A program made the position numbers and the translations under genes. Shown in pieces: positions 28,885 to 38,096 of a stretch of 64,000 bases of DNA (the stretch's first letter is position 1; every line of letters starts with the position of its first letter). This stretch comes from Pseudomonadota bacterium (lineage in GTDB: Bacteria; Pseudomonadota; Alphaproteobacteria; CACIAM-22H2), in the NCBI GenBank assembly GCA_041178225.1, contig JBEGVV010000024.1, positions 7,676 to 71,675 on the forward strand, in the 5' to 3' direction. The notes beneath the pieces were generated by a model, which was given only the letters and a program-made list of their open reading frames with translations, was not told where the DNA came from and searched no databases.

Positions 28885-29100
28885 ATGGAACGCCCGCAAA
28901 GCCCCTGCATCCGCGTCTGCGTGCTCGACCCCGTGACCGACCAATGCATCGGCTGCGGGCGGCGGCGCATGGAGATCGCGGCATGGTCGCGCATGGACGA
29001 CGCGCAACGCGGCGACGTGCTCGCGGAATTGCCGGACCGGTTGCGCGCCATGACGCGGCGCGACGTGCGCGGGCGGCGCGCGGTGCCCCGCGCCCCCTAG
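28885..29100 (+). CDS. DUF1289 family small Fe-S (Cys-rich) protein
   Basis: 71 aa, SPCIRVCVLDPVTDQCIGCGRRRMEIAAW, matching the DUF1289 Cys spacing. First gene upstream of DMGDH2. Confidence 0.55.
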   Translation: MERPQSPCIRVCVLDPVTDQCIGCGRRRMEIAAWSRMDDAQRGDVLAELPDRLRAMTRRDVRGRRAVPRAP

Positions 29101-29195
29101 CCCCGCCACGGCCCCCGCGCGGCGTCGACCACGCCTTCCGCCGGCGCGCGTTTTCCCTCTAACCTCCCCCCGTCGGCATCCCCGGGGGAGCATCC

Positions 29196-31604
29196 ATGAA
29201 GTCCCATGCAAAGGCCGTCGTCATCGGTGGCGGCGTCGTCGGCGCGAGCGTCCTCTACCACCTGACCAAGGTGGGCTGGCGCGACGTCGTCCTGGTCGAG
29301 CGCTCGGAACTGACCTCTGGCTCGACCTGGCATGCCGCGGGAGGCATGCACACGATCAACGGCGACCCGAACGTCGCCAAGCTGCAGCAGTACACGATCA
29401 ACCTCTACAAGGAGATCGAGGAGATCTCCGGCGTGTCCTGCGGCGTGCACATCACCGGCGGGCTCATGCTCGCCGGCACCAGGACGCGCTACGACTGGCT
29501 GAAGATGGTCCATGCGCGCGGCCGCTACCTCGGCATGGACCTCGAGTTCGTCGACCTCGCCGAGGCCAAGCGCCTCTTCCCGCTCATGGAGACCAAGTAC
29601 TTCGTGGGCGCGCTCTACGACCCGATCGAGGGCCATGTCGACCCGTGGGGCGTCACCAACGCCTACGCCAAGGCCGCGACGATCCAGGGCGCGACGGTCG
29701 AGAAGCACAACCGCGTCGTCGAGCTGCTGCACCGGCCGGACGGCTCGTGGGACGTCGTGACCGAGAAGGGCACGATCCACGCCGAGCACGTCGTCAACGC
29801 GGGCGGCCTGTGGGCGCGCGAGGTCGGGCGCATGGTCGGCCTCGAGCTGCCCATCCTCGCGATGGAGCACCAGTACATCATCTCCGAGGAGATCCCCGAG
29901 GTCGCCGCCTCGGAGAAGGAGATGCTCCACATCGTCGATTCCGACGGCGAGATCTACATGCGCCAGGAAGGCAAGGGCATGCTCATGGGCACCTATGAGC
30001 GCGCCGGCGTGCCATGGTCCGAGCGCGACACGCCCTGGAGCTTCGGCCACGAGCTGCTCAACAACGACATCGACCGCATCGCCCCGTCGCTCGAGGTCGG
30101 CTTCCGCCACTATCCCGCGATCGAGAAGGCGGGCATCAAGAAGATCATCAACGGCCCCTTCACCTTCGCGCCGGACGGCAACCCGGTCATCGGCCCGGTC
30201 CGCGGCCTGAGGAACTACTGGGTCGCCTGCGGCGTGATGGCGGGGTTCAGCCAGGGCGGCGGCGTCGGGCTGTCGCTCGCGAACTGGATGGCGCACGGCG
30301 ATCCCGGCGCCGACATCTGGGGCATGGACGTCGCGCGCTTCGGCGACTGGGCGACGATGGCCTACACCAACGCGAAGGTGCGCGAGAACTACTCGCGGCG
30401 CTTCCGCATCCGCTTCCCCAACGAGGAACTGGCCGCGGCGCGCCCGCTCAAGACCACGCCCGTCTACGACCGCCTCAAGGCGGCCAACGCCGTCTTCGGC
30501 GACTACTGGGGCATGGAGCACGCGCTGTGGTTCGCGCCGCCGGGGACCGAGCCCGTCGAGGAGATCACCTTCCGGCGCTCGAACGCGCACCCGCATGTCG
30601 CGGCCGAGGTTAAGGCCGTGCGCGAGGGCGTCGGCCTCGTCGAGATCTCCAGCTACGGGAAGTTCGAGGTCGAGGGCCCCGGGGCGGAGGCGTGGCTGTC
30701 GCGCATGATGGCCAACCGCATGCCGGAGGCCGGGCGCATCGTGCTCACGCCGATGCTCAACGACCGCGGCAGGCTGATCGGCGACTTCACCATCGCGCGG
30801 ATCGCCGCCGACCGCTTCTTCCTCGTCGGCACGATGGCGGCGGAGCGCTTCTACCAGCGCTGGTTCGAGCGCCACATGCCGGCGACCGGCGTGGTCGCGC
30901 GTGCCTGCGCCAACGAATGGGTCGGGCTGTCGATCGCCGGCCCGCGCTCGCGCGCGCTGCTGCAGAAGCTCGTGCGCGACGACCTCTCGGCCTTCCCGTT
31001 CCTGTCCTTCCGCCGGATGGACATCGGCATGGCCCCGGCGATGGTCGGCCGCGTCTCCTTCACCGGCGACCTCGGCTACGAGATCTGGGTGAAGCCGGAG
31101 TACCAGCGCTACCTGCACGAACTGCTCCTCGATGCCGGGCGCGACGACGGCATCCGCCATTTCGGCGCGCGTGCCCTGCACTCCATGCGCCTCGAGAAGA
31201 GCTTCGGGACATGGGCGCGCGAGTACCGCCCGCTCTACGGGCCGGTCGAGGCCGGGCTCGGCCGCTTCGTGGCCTGGGACAAGCCGGACTTCGTCGGGCG
31301 CGCCGCGGCGCTGGAGGATCGGGCCAGCGGCGGCAAGCTGCGGCTCTGCGCCTTCCGGGTCGAGGCCGGCGACGCCGACGCCATCGGCGACGAGCCGATC
31401 TGGCATCGCGGCAAGCCGCTGGGCTGGGTGACGTCGGGCGGCTATGGCCACTCCGTGGGCGCGTCGCTCGCGCTCGGCTACGTGCCGCGGGACATCGCCT
31501 CGGAGGTCGACGGCTTCGAGGTCGAGATCATCGGCGAGCGCCGGCGCGCCACGCGCCTGCCCGAGCCCGCCTTCGACCCGAAGGGCACGAGGATGCGCGC
31601 ATGA
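29196..31604 (+). CDS. Dimethylglycine/sarcosine dehydrogenase-like flavoenzyme with C-terminal GcvT/THF domain, paralog 2
   Basis: 802 aa. Starts MKSHAKAVVIGGGVVGASVLYHL and contains SGSTWHAAGG (covalent-FAD His). About 65% identical to paralog 1 by eye. GGGGGAG SD upstream. The stop overlaps the MttB2 start (ATGA). Confidence 0.85.
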   Translation: MKSHAKAVVIGGGVVGASVLYHLTKVGWRDVVLVERSELTSGSTWHAAGGMHTINGDPNVAKLQQYTINLYKEIEEISGVSCGVHITGGLMLAGTRTRYDWLKMVHARGRYLGMDLEFVDLAEAKRLFPLMETKYFVGALYDPIEGHVDPWGVTNAYAKAATIQGATVEKHNRVVELLHRPDGSWDVVTEKGTIHAEHVVNAGGLWAREVGRMVGLELPILAMEHQYIISEEIPEVAASEKEMLHIVDSDGEIYMRQEGKGMLMGTYERAGVPWSERDTPWSFGHELLNNDIDRIAPSLEVGFRHYPAIEKAGIKKIINGPFTFAPDGNPVIGPVRGLRNYWVACGVMAGFSQGGGVGLSLANWMAHGDPGADIWGMDVARFGDWATMAYTNAKVRENYSRRFRIRFPNEELAAARPLKTTPVYDRLKAANAVFGDYWGMEHALWFAPPGTEPVEEITFRRSNAHPHVAAEVKAVREGVGLVEISSYGKFEVEGPGAEAWLSRMMANRMPEAGRIVLTPMLNDRGRLIGDFTIARIAADRFFLVGTMAAERFYQRWFERHMPATGVVARACANEWVGLSIAGPRSRALLQKLVRDDLSAFPFLSFRRMDIGMAPAMVGRVSFTGDLGYEIWVKPEYQRYLHELLLDAGRDDGIRHFGARALHSMRLEKSFGTWAREYRPLYGPVEAGLGRFVAWDKPDFVGRAAALEDRASGGKLRLCAFRVEAGDADAIGDEPIWHRGKPLGWVTSGGYGHSVGASLALGYVPRDIASEVDGFEVEIIGERRRATRLPEPAFDPKGTRMRA

Positions 31605-33136
31605 CCGAAAGGCGCGGGCGGCGCGAGAGGCAGGCGGCAGCCGGGCGCGACGCCGCGGCCGCGCAGCCCGCCGCGCAGCCGCGCCTGCCCTTCGCGCCGG
31701 TTCCGGCGGTCTCGGCGGACGAGCTGGAGGCCATCCACCTCGCCTCGCTCGGCATCCTCGAGGAGATCGGGATGGACATCCTCGACGAGGAGGCGCGCGG
31801 GATACTGCGCGCCGCCGGGGCGAGGACCGAGGCAGGGTCGCCGCGCGTGCGCATCGACCGCGGCGTGGTCGAGGCGGCGCTCGGCAAGGCGCCCCGCTCC
31901 TTCCGCCTGCACGCGCGCAACCCGGCCCGCGGGGTCGAGATCGGCGGCGACGCCGTGGCCTTCGGCTCGGTGGCGAGCGCGCCCAACGTCGCCGACCGCG
32001 CGCGCGGCCGCCGGCCGGGGAACCGCGCCGACTTCGACGACCTGCTGCGGCTGGTACAGGTCCTGCCCGCCGTCCATGTCGTCGCGGGATACCCGGTGGA
32101 ACCGGCCGACATCCACGCCTCGATCCGCCACCTCGACGCGCTGCTCGACATGCTGACGCTGACGGACAAGCCCATCCACGCCTACAGCCTGGGCAGGCAG
32201 CGCATCCTCGACGGCATCGAGATGGCGCGCATCGCGCGGGGCATCGACCGCGCCACGCTCGAGCGCGAGCCCTCCCTGTTCACGATCATCAACACCTCCT
32301 CGCCGCTGCGCCTCGACGAGCCGATGTGCATCGGCGTCATCGAGATGGCGCGCGCCAACCAGGCCGTCTGCGTCACTCCCTTCACCCTGGCAGGCGCGAT
32401 GGCGCCGGTGACGATCGCGGGCGCCGTGACGCAGCAGAACGCGGAGGCGCTGGCCGGGCTCGTCCTCGCGCAGGCCGCGCGCGAAGGCTCGCCCTTCGTC
32501 TATGGCGGCTTCACCTCGAACGTCGACATGAAGTCCGGCGCGCCGGCCTTCGGCACGCCGGAATACATGAAGGCGGCGCTGCTCGGCGGACAGCTCGCGC
32601 GCCGCTACGGCCTGCCCTACCGGTCCTCCAACGCCTGCGCCGCGAACACGCTCGACGCGCAGGCCGCCTACGAGAGCGTGTTCTCGCTCTGGGGCGCGAT
32701 CATGGGCGGCGCCAACCTGCTGATGCATGGCGCGGGATGGATGGAGGGCGGGCTGCAGGCCTCGTTCGAGAAGATGGTCCTCGACGCGGACCTGCTCGGC
32801 ATGGTGGCTGAGTTCCTCCGCCCGCTCGGCACCTCTCCAAGCGACCTCGCGGTCGACGCGATGCGCGAGGTCGGGCCCGGTGGCCATTTCTTCGGCTGCG
32901 CCCATACGCAGGCGCGCTATCGCACGGCGTTCTTCGCCCCGATGGTCTCCGACTGGCGCAACCACGAGGCCTGGCGCGAGGCCGGCTCCCCCGACGCCCA
33001 CGACGCGACCGGTCGCCTCTGGCGCGAGAAGCTCGCCGCCTATGCCGAGCCGCCGATGGATCCCGCGACCCGCGAGGAGCTCGAGGCCTTCGTCGCCCGC
33101 CGCAAGGCCGAGGGCGGCGTGAAGACGGATTTCTGA
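31601..33136 (+). CDS. MttB-superfamily quaternary-amine:corrinoid methyltransferase (non-Pyl), paralog 2
   Basis: 511 aa, uninterrupted. MTERRG...LPFAPVPAVSADELEAIHLASLGILEEIGMD. Conserved blocks VTPFTLAGAMAPVTIAGAVTQQNAEAL and GGFTSNVDMKSGAPAFGTPEY. Translationally coupled to DMGDH2. Confidence 0.85.
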   Translation: MTERRGRRERQAAAGRDAAAAQPAAQPRLPFAPVPAVSADELEAIHLASLGILEEIGMDILDEEARGILRAAGARTEAGSPRVRIDRGVVEAALGKAPRSFRLHARNPARGVEIGGDAVAFGSVASAPNVADRARGRRPGNRADFDDLLRLVQVLPAVHVVAGYPVEPADIHASIRHLDALLDMLTLTDKPIHAYSLGRQRILDGIEMARIARGIDRATLEREPSLFTIINTSSPLRLDEPMCIGVIEMARANQAVCVTPFTLAGAMAPVTIAGAVTQQNAEALAGLVLAQAAREGSPFVYGGFTSNVDMKSGAPAFGTPEYMKAALLGGQLARRYGLPYRSSNACAANTLDAQAAYESVFSLWGAIMGGANLLMHGAGWMEGGLQASFEKMVLDADLLGMVAEFLRPLGTSPSDLAVDAMREVGPGGHFFGCAHTQARYRTAFFAPMVSDWRNHEAWREAGSPDAHDATGRLWREKLAAYAEPPMDPATREELEAFVARRKAEGGVKTDF

Positions 33137-33139
33137 GCG

Positions 33140-34150
33140 ATGGTGCCGCGCATCGACGTCGCGCCGCTCCTCGGCCCGGCCAGCGCCGCGCGCGATGCCG
33201 TCGACGGCGCGGTGCTCGCCGCGGCCGCGGGCACGGGCTTCATGGTGGTGCGAGGCCTGCCGGCCGGTCCTCCCCTGGACGCCGCGACGCGCGCGCGGCT
33301 GCTCTCCATCCTCTCCCTGCCTGGCGAGGCCACCCGGCCGCTCTGGCGGCGCAAGTTCGAGCCGGCGAACCCGAACGTGTACCGGGGCTGGTTCCCGCTG
33401 CAGCATGGCGAGCGCACGCACAAGGAGGGGATCGACATCGGCCCCGACATCGCGCGACCCGGCGCCGTCGCCTCCGGCGACCCGCTGCGCGAGGCGACGC
33501 CGCTGCCGCGCGAGGACGCCCTGCCCGGCTGGCGCGCGGCCGCCTGCGCCTACTACCTCGCGATGGAGGAAGCCGGGCGCGCGCTGATGCGCTCGATCGC
33601 GCGCGGCCTCGGCCTCCAGGAGGGCCATTTCGATCCGTCCTTCGCCGACGGCATCTCGACGCTGCGCCTCATCCACTATCCCGCGCGCGCGCCAGCGAGC
33701 CTCGCGGGGATCGCCGGCATCGAGGCCGAGGGCGACGCACGCGCCCGCCACCTCGTCGGCGCGCCGCATGTCGATTCCGGCTTCGTGACGCTGCTCGCGC
33801 AGGACGGCGTGGACGGGCTCCAGGCACGCGCGCGCGACGGGGCCTGGATCGACGTTCCGCCCGAGGAAGGCGGCTTCGCCGTCAATTTCGGTGGCGTGCT
33901 CGAGCGCTGGACCGGCGGCCGCATCCGCGCGACGGAGCATCGCGTGGTCGGCGACGGCCGCGCCCGCATGTCCATCCCCTTCTTCCTCGAGCCCGCGGCG
34001 GAGGCGACGATCGCGCCCCTTCCCCTCGCGGGCTTCCCGTCCTTCGAGCCCTTCGCCTATGGCGACCACCTGTGGTCGGCGATGACGCGGTTCGTCGAGT
34101 TCCGCGGCCTCGAGGCCGCCCGCCTTCCCAGAGGAGTGAAAGCCGCATGA
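33140..34150 (+). CDS. 2-oxoglutarate/Fe(II)-dependent oxygenase, isopenicillin-N-synthase-like family
   Basis: 336 aa. DIOX_N-like N-terminus, then the HxD...H facial triad region (HVDSGFVTLLAQD ... TEHRV) and an Arg for 2OG binding. Starts 3 nt after the MttB2 stop, and its stop overlaps the MttB3 start. Confidence 0.75.
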   Translation: MVPRIDVAPLLGPASAARDAVDGAVLAAAAGTGFMVVRGLPAGPPLDAATRARLLSILSLPGEATRPLWRRKFEPANPNVYRGWFPLQHGERTHKEGIDIGPDIARPGAVASGDPLREATPLPREDALPGWRAAACAYYLAMEEAGRALMRSIARGLGLQEGHFDPSFADGISTLRLIHYPARAPASLAGIAGIEAEGDARARHLVGAPHVDSGFVTLLAQDGVDGLQARARDGAWIDVPPEEGGFAVNFGGVLERWTGGRIRATEHRVVGDGRARMSIPFFLEPAAEATIAPLPLAGFPSFEPFAYGDHLWSAMTRFVEFRGLEAARLPRGVKAA

Positions 34151-35706
34151 GCGACCAGACCGGGACCCAGGCACGCCGCGGCCGCGGCGGCGAGCGGCGG
34201 TCGCGAGACCGACGTGGTGGCGTGCTGTCGCGCCAGATGCCCTGGCGCGAGCTGACCAACCCGTACCGGCCGATGGAGATCCTCTCGGCCGACGAGCTGG
34301 AATCGATCCACCTCGCCTCGCTCGAGATCCTCGAGCGCATCGGCATCGTCGTGCAGTCGGAGCGCGCGCGGGTCCTGTGCCGCGCCGCCGGATGCGAGGT
34401 GATGCCGGACGGCGTGCGCGTGAGGTTCCCGCGCGAGGTGGTGATGGCGGCGATCGCGCACGCGCCCTCCCGCTTCCGCATGACGGCCCGCGCGGGGCAC
34501 CGCGACGTGACGATCGGCGGCAACTCGGTGGTGTTCACGCCCGTCTCGAGCGCGCCGAACTGCTCCGACATCGTCGGCGGCCGCCGCCCCGGCACCACCG
34601 CCGACTTCCGCGACCTCGTCAAGCTGGCGCAGGGCTTCAACGTCTTCCACATGCTGGCCGGATACCCGGTCGAGCCGATCGACATCCCCGTCCCGGTCCG
34701 CCACATGCAGGCCGTCCGGATGATGATCGAGCTGTCCGACAAGATACCCCGCATCTACGCGCACAGCGTCGAGCGCGTGCGCGACGTGCTCGAGCTCGTC
34801 CGCATCTCGCATGGCGTTTCGCGGGAGGAATTCGCCTCCGCGCATCGCTGCATCACCGTCATCAACACCAACTCGCCGCTGCAGCTCGACACGCCCATGG
34901 TCGAGGGCATCGTCGAGATGGCGGAATGCAACCAGCCCGTCGTGGTTACCCCGTTCACGCTCGCCGGGGCGATGGCGCCGGTCACGCTCGCCGGCGCGAT
35001 CGCGCAGCAGAACGCGGAGGCGCTCTCCGCGCTGGCCATCGCCCAGTTCGCGCGGCGCGGCGCCCCGGTCGTCTACGGCGCGTTCACCACGGCGGTGAAC
35101 ATGCGCACGGGCGCGCCGACCTTCGGCACCCCGGAATACGCCAAGGCGGCCCTGATCTCCGGCCAGCTCGCGCGGCGCTACCGCCTGCCCTACCGGTCCT
35201 CGGGCATCGCCACGGGCAACGCGCCCGACGCGCAGTCCGCGTGCGAGAGCATGATGTCCACCTGGTCCGCGGTGACGGGCGGGGTGAACATCCTGCACCA
35301 TGCGGCGGGATGGCTGGAGGGAGGCCTGACGGCCTCCTTCGAGAAGCTCGTCATCGACGTGGACGCGCTGCAGATGTTCTCCAGCTTCCTGCAGCCCGAG
35401 CGCGTGGACGCCGAGACGCTGGCGCTCGACACGATCGAGGAGGTGGGCCCGGGCGGGCATTTCTTCGCCGCCGCGCACACGATCGCGCGCTACGAGACGG
35501 CCTTCTTCGAGCCCCTGCTCTGGGACTGGCGCAACTACGAGACCTGGCGCCAGGACGGCGCGCTCGACGCGGCGCAGCGCGCGCACCGCGTGGCCCGCGA
35601 GGCCATCGACGCGCACGAGAGCCCGCCGCTCGACCAGGCGCGCGCCGAGGAGATGGACGCGTTCATCGCGCGGCGCACCGCCGAGGGCGGCGCGCCCGTC
35701 AACTGA
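34147..35706 (+). CDS. MttB-superfamily quaternary-amine:corrinoid methyltransferase (non-Pyl), paralog 3
   Basis: 519 aa, uninterrupted. MSDQTGTQ...PYRPMEILSADELESIHLASLEILERIGIV. Blocks VTPFTLAGAMAPVTLAGAIAQQNAEAL and GAFTTAVNMRTGAPTFGTPEY. Closest by eye to paralog 2. Confidence 0.85.
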   Translation: MSDQTGTQARRGRGGERRSRDRRGGVLSRQMPWRELTNPYRPMEILSADELESIHLASLEILERIGIVVQSERARVLCRAAGCEVMPDGVRVRFPREVVMAAIAHAPSRFRMTARAGHRDVTIGGNSVVFTPVSSAPNCSDIVGGRRPGTTADFRDLVKLAQGFNVFHMLAGYPVEPIDIPVPVRHMQAVRMMIELSDKIPRIYAHSVERVRDVLELVRISHGVSREEFASAHRCITVINTNSPLQLDTPMVEGIVEMAECNQPVVVTPFTLAGAMAPVTLAGAIAQQNAEALSALAIAQFARRGAPVVYGAFTTAVNMRTGAPTFGTPEYAKAALISGQLARRYRLPYRSSGIATGNAPDAQSACESMMSTWSAVTGGVNILHHAAGWLEGGLTASFEKLVIDVDALQMFSSFLQPERVDAETLALDTIEEVGPGGHFFAAAHTIARYETAFFEPLLWDWRNYETWRQDGALDAAQRAHRVAREAIDAHESPPLDQARAEEMDAFIARRTAEGGAPVN

Positions 35707-35719
35707 CCGGGGCAAGGCG

Positions 35720-36874
35720 ATGATCCGCGACCGCGAGGCGATCGACGCCTTCCTGGCGCAGGTCCGGCGCCTGGTGCGCGAGGTGATGGTGCCGCGCGAG
35801 GCCGAGGTCGTGGAGGCCGACGCCGTCCCCGCCGACATCGTCGCGCTGATGCGCGGGCTTGGCCTCTTCGGCATGTCGATCCCCGAGGCGCATGGCGGGC
35901 TCGGGATGACGATGGAGGAGGAGGCGCTGGTCGCGATGGAACTCGGCGGCGCGTCTCCCGCCTTCCGCTCGATGATCGGCACGAACAACGGGATCGGCAG
36001 CCAGGGCATCGTCATGGACGGCACCGAGGCGCAGAAGGCGCGCTGGCTGCCGCGCCTGGCGAGCGGCGAGGTGGTCGGCTCCTTCGCGCTGACCGAGCCC
36101 GATGCGGGCTCCGACGCCGGCAGCCTGCGCACGACCGCGCGCCGCGACGGCGATGGCTGGGTGCTCGACGGCACCAAGCGCTACATCACCAACGCCCCGC
36201 AGGCCGGCCTGTTCACGGTCTTCGCGCGCAGCGATCCCGGCCGCAAGGGCGCCTCGGGCGTCTCCGCCTTCCTGGTCGAGGCCGGGACGCCGGGCCTGAG
36301 GCTCGGCAGGCCCGACCGCAAGATGGGCCAGCGCGGCGCGCAGACCTGCGACGTCGTCCTCGACGGATGCCGCGTGCCGGGGGATGCGCTGCTCGGCGGA
36401 CGCGAGTGCGAGGGCTTCCGCACCGCGATGAAGGTGCTCGACCGCGGGCGCCTGCACATCTCCGCGGTCTGCGTCGGCGTCGCGACCCGGCTGCTGGACG
36501 ACGCGCTGCGCTTCGCGATGGAGCGCCGCCAGTTCGGGCAGCCGATCGCCGAGTTCCAGCTCGTGCAGGCGATGCTCGCGGACAGCCGCGCCGAGGTGCT
36601 CGCCGGCCGCGCGATGGTGCTGGAGACCGCGCGGCGCAAGGACGAGGGCGCCGATGTCGGCATCGACGCCTCGTGCTGCAAGCTCTTCTGCTCCGAGATG
36701 GTCGGGCGCGTCGCGGACCGCGCCGTCCAGGTCCATGGCGGCGCGGGCTACATGCAGGACTACGCGGTCGAGCGCCTCTACCGCGACGTCCGCCTGTTCC
36801 GGATCTACGAGGGCACGAGCGAGATCCAGCGCCTGGTCATCGCGCGCGGCATGATCCGCGACGCGAAGGGCTGA
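35720..36874 (+). CDS. Acyl-CoA dehydrogenase family protein
   Basis: 384 aa with canonical ACAD segments (FALTEPDAGSDAGSL, GTKRYITNA, C-terminal IYEGTSEIQRLVIAR). Last gene of the DMGDH2-MttB2-oxygenase-MttB3 operon. Confidence 0.85.
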   Translation: MIRDREAIDAFLAQVRRLVREVMVPREAEVVEADAVPADIVALMRGLGLFGMSIPEAHGGLGMTMEEEALVAMELGGASPAFRSMIGTNNGIGSQGIVMDGTEAQKARWLPRLASGEVVGSFALTEPDAGSDAGSLRTTARRDGDGWVLDGTKRYITNAPQAGLFTVFARSDPGRKGASGVSAFLVEAGTPGLRLGRPDRKMGQRGAQTCDVVLDGCRVPGDALLGGRECEGFRTAMKVLDRGRLHISAVCVGVATRLLDDALRFAMERRQFGQPIAEFQLVQAMLADSRAEVLAGRAMVLETARRKDEGADVGIDASCCKLFCSEMVGRVADRAVQVHGGAGYMQDYAVERLYRDVRLFRIYEGTSEIQRLVIARGMIRDAKG

Positions 36875-36877
36875 GCC

Positions 36878-38095
36878 TCAGGCCGGGCGGCCCGCGCGCA
36901 TCGCCGCGAGCAGCATCGGCACCGCGAGCAGCGCGATGGCCGCCAGCGCGACGAAGCAGGTGCCGTAGCGCCCGACGGCCGGCACCGCGAAGGCGAAGAC
37001 GATCGGCGACACGAGGTAGCCGCCGAAGGTCAGGATCGTCGAGCCGGCGGTCGCGTCGCCGACGCGCCCCTCTGGCGCGAGCCGCGCGACCTCCGCGAGG
37101 TAGACGCCGTTCCAGCTCGTCGACGTCGTGCCGACGACGAGCCCGAGCAGCGTGACCGCCCAGACGGGCCAGCCAGGCGCGATCGCGGAGACCCCGAGGA
37201 CCATCAGGCTCGACGCGAAGGCCAGCGCGACGAGCGCGCGCGCGCCGCCTATCCTGTCCGCGACCCAGCCCATGATGACGCGCGCGAAGGTGCCGGAGAA
37301 CTGCATCGCGGAGAAGGCGGCGCCGGCGGCGGCGAGCGTGTAGCCGATCTCCGTCGTCAGCTGCGTCACGAAGAAGGTCAGCAGGCAGCCCTGCACCGAG
37401 GCGAAGCAGAACCCGGCCGCGGCGACGTACAGCATCGCGCGATTGCCGCGGATGACGCTGAAGGGCGCGGCCAGGTTGGCGGGGGAGACGAGGTTCGCGA
37501 GGGTCGGCCGCCGCGAGGCGTCGCGCTGCGCGTCGAGCCGCTCGCGCCAGGGCTGCACCGCGAGCACGGCGAGGAGCGGCAGCAGCGCGGCGACGAGGAG
37601 CCCCATCCTCCATCCGCCCCAGGCGGCCACCGCGTGCACGATCAGACCCGCCAGCGCGCCGCCCAGCGGCACGCCCGACTGCTTGACCGACATGATCAGC
37701 GAGCGCCGGCCCTTCGGCGCGTTGCGCGTCAGGATCTCGCTTCCGGCGGGCGGCGACGGCCCGTAGCCCGCGCCGACGACGAAGGCCGCGAGGAGCAGGA
37801 GCGGCCACCAGGCCGTGATGCTGGCCAGCACGCCAATGCTGCCCACGATCGCGCCGATCTGCAGCAGCCGCACCGGCCCGAAATGGCTCAGCAGCAGCGA
37901 GCCCCCGGCGAGAAACCACATCGTGCCCCCGGCGACCAGGCCGGAGAGCAGGCCGATCTTCTCCGGCGACACGCCGGCGGCCGCGGTCAGCTCCGGCCCG
38001 ATGACCGGGAAGACGCGGCCGAGGAAGGCGGCCATGGTCTGCATGACCATGGTGATGGCCAGCGCGGGTACCCAGGCCGGGGTCGTCGCGCCCAT
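36878..38095 (-). CDS. MFS transporter
   Basis: 405 aa with about 12 predicted TM segments, starting MGATTPAWVPALAITMVMQTMAAFLGRVFPVIGPEL. Convergent with the ACAD gene. Confidence 0.75.
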   Translation of the reverse strand: MGATTPAWVPALAITMVMQTMAAFLGRVFPVIGPELTAAAGVSPEKIGLLSGLVAGGTMWFLAGGSLLLSHFGPVRLLQIGAIVGSIGVLASITAWWPLLLLAAFVVGAGYGPSPPAGSEILTRNAPKGRRSLIMSVKQSGVPLGGALAGLIVHAVAAWGGWRMGLLVAALLPLLAVLAVQPWRERLDAQRDASRRPTLANLVSPANLAAPFSVIRGNRAMLYVAAAGFCFASVQGCLLTFFVTQLTTEIGYTLAAAGAAFSAMQFSGTFARVIMGWVADRIGGARALVALAFASSLMVLGVSAIAPGWPVWAVTLLGLVVGTTSTSWNGVYLAEVARLAPEGRVGDATAGSTILTFGGYLVSPIVFAFAVPAVGRYGTCFVALAAIALLAVPMLLAAMRAGRPA

Positions 38096-38096
38096 G

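Noticed and set aside
21922-35706. Possible pyrrolysine (in-frame UAG) read-through in the three MttB-family genes
   Set aside because: All three ORFs are uninterrupted and full length (511-519 aa) with no internal TAG. They are the non-Pyl branch of the MttB superfamily, as expected for proteobacteria.
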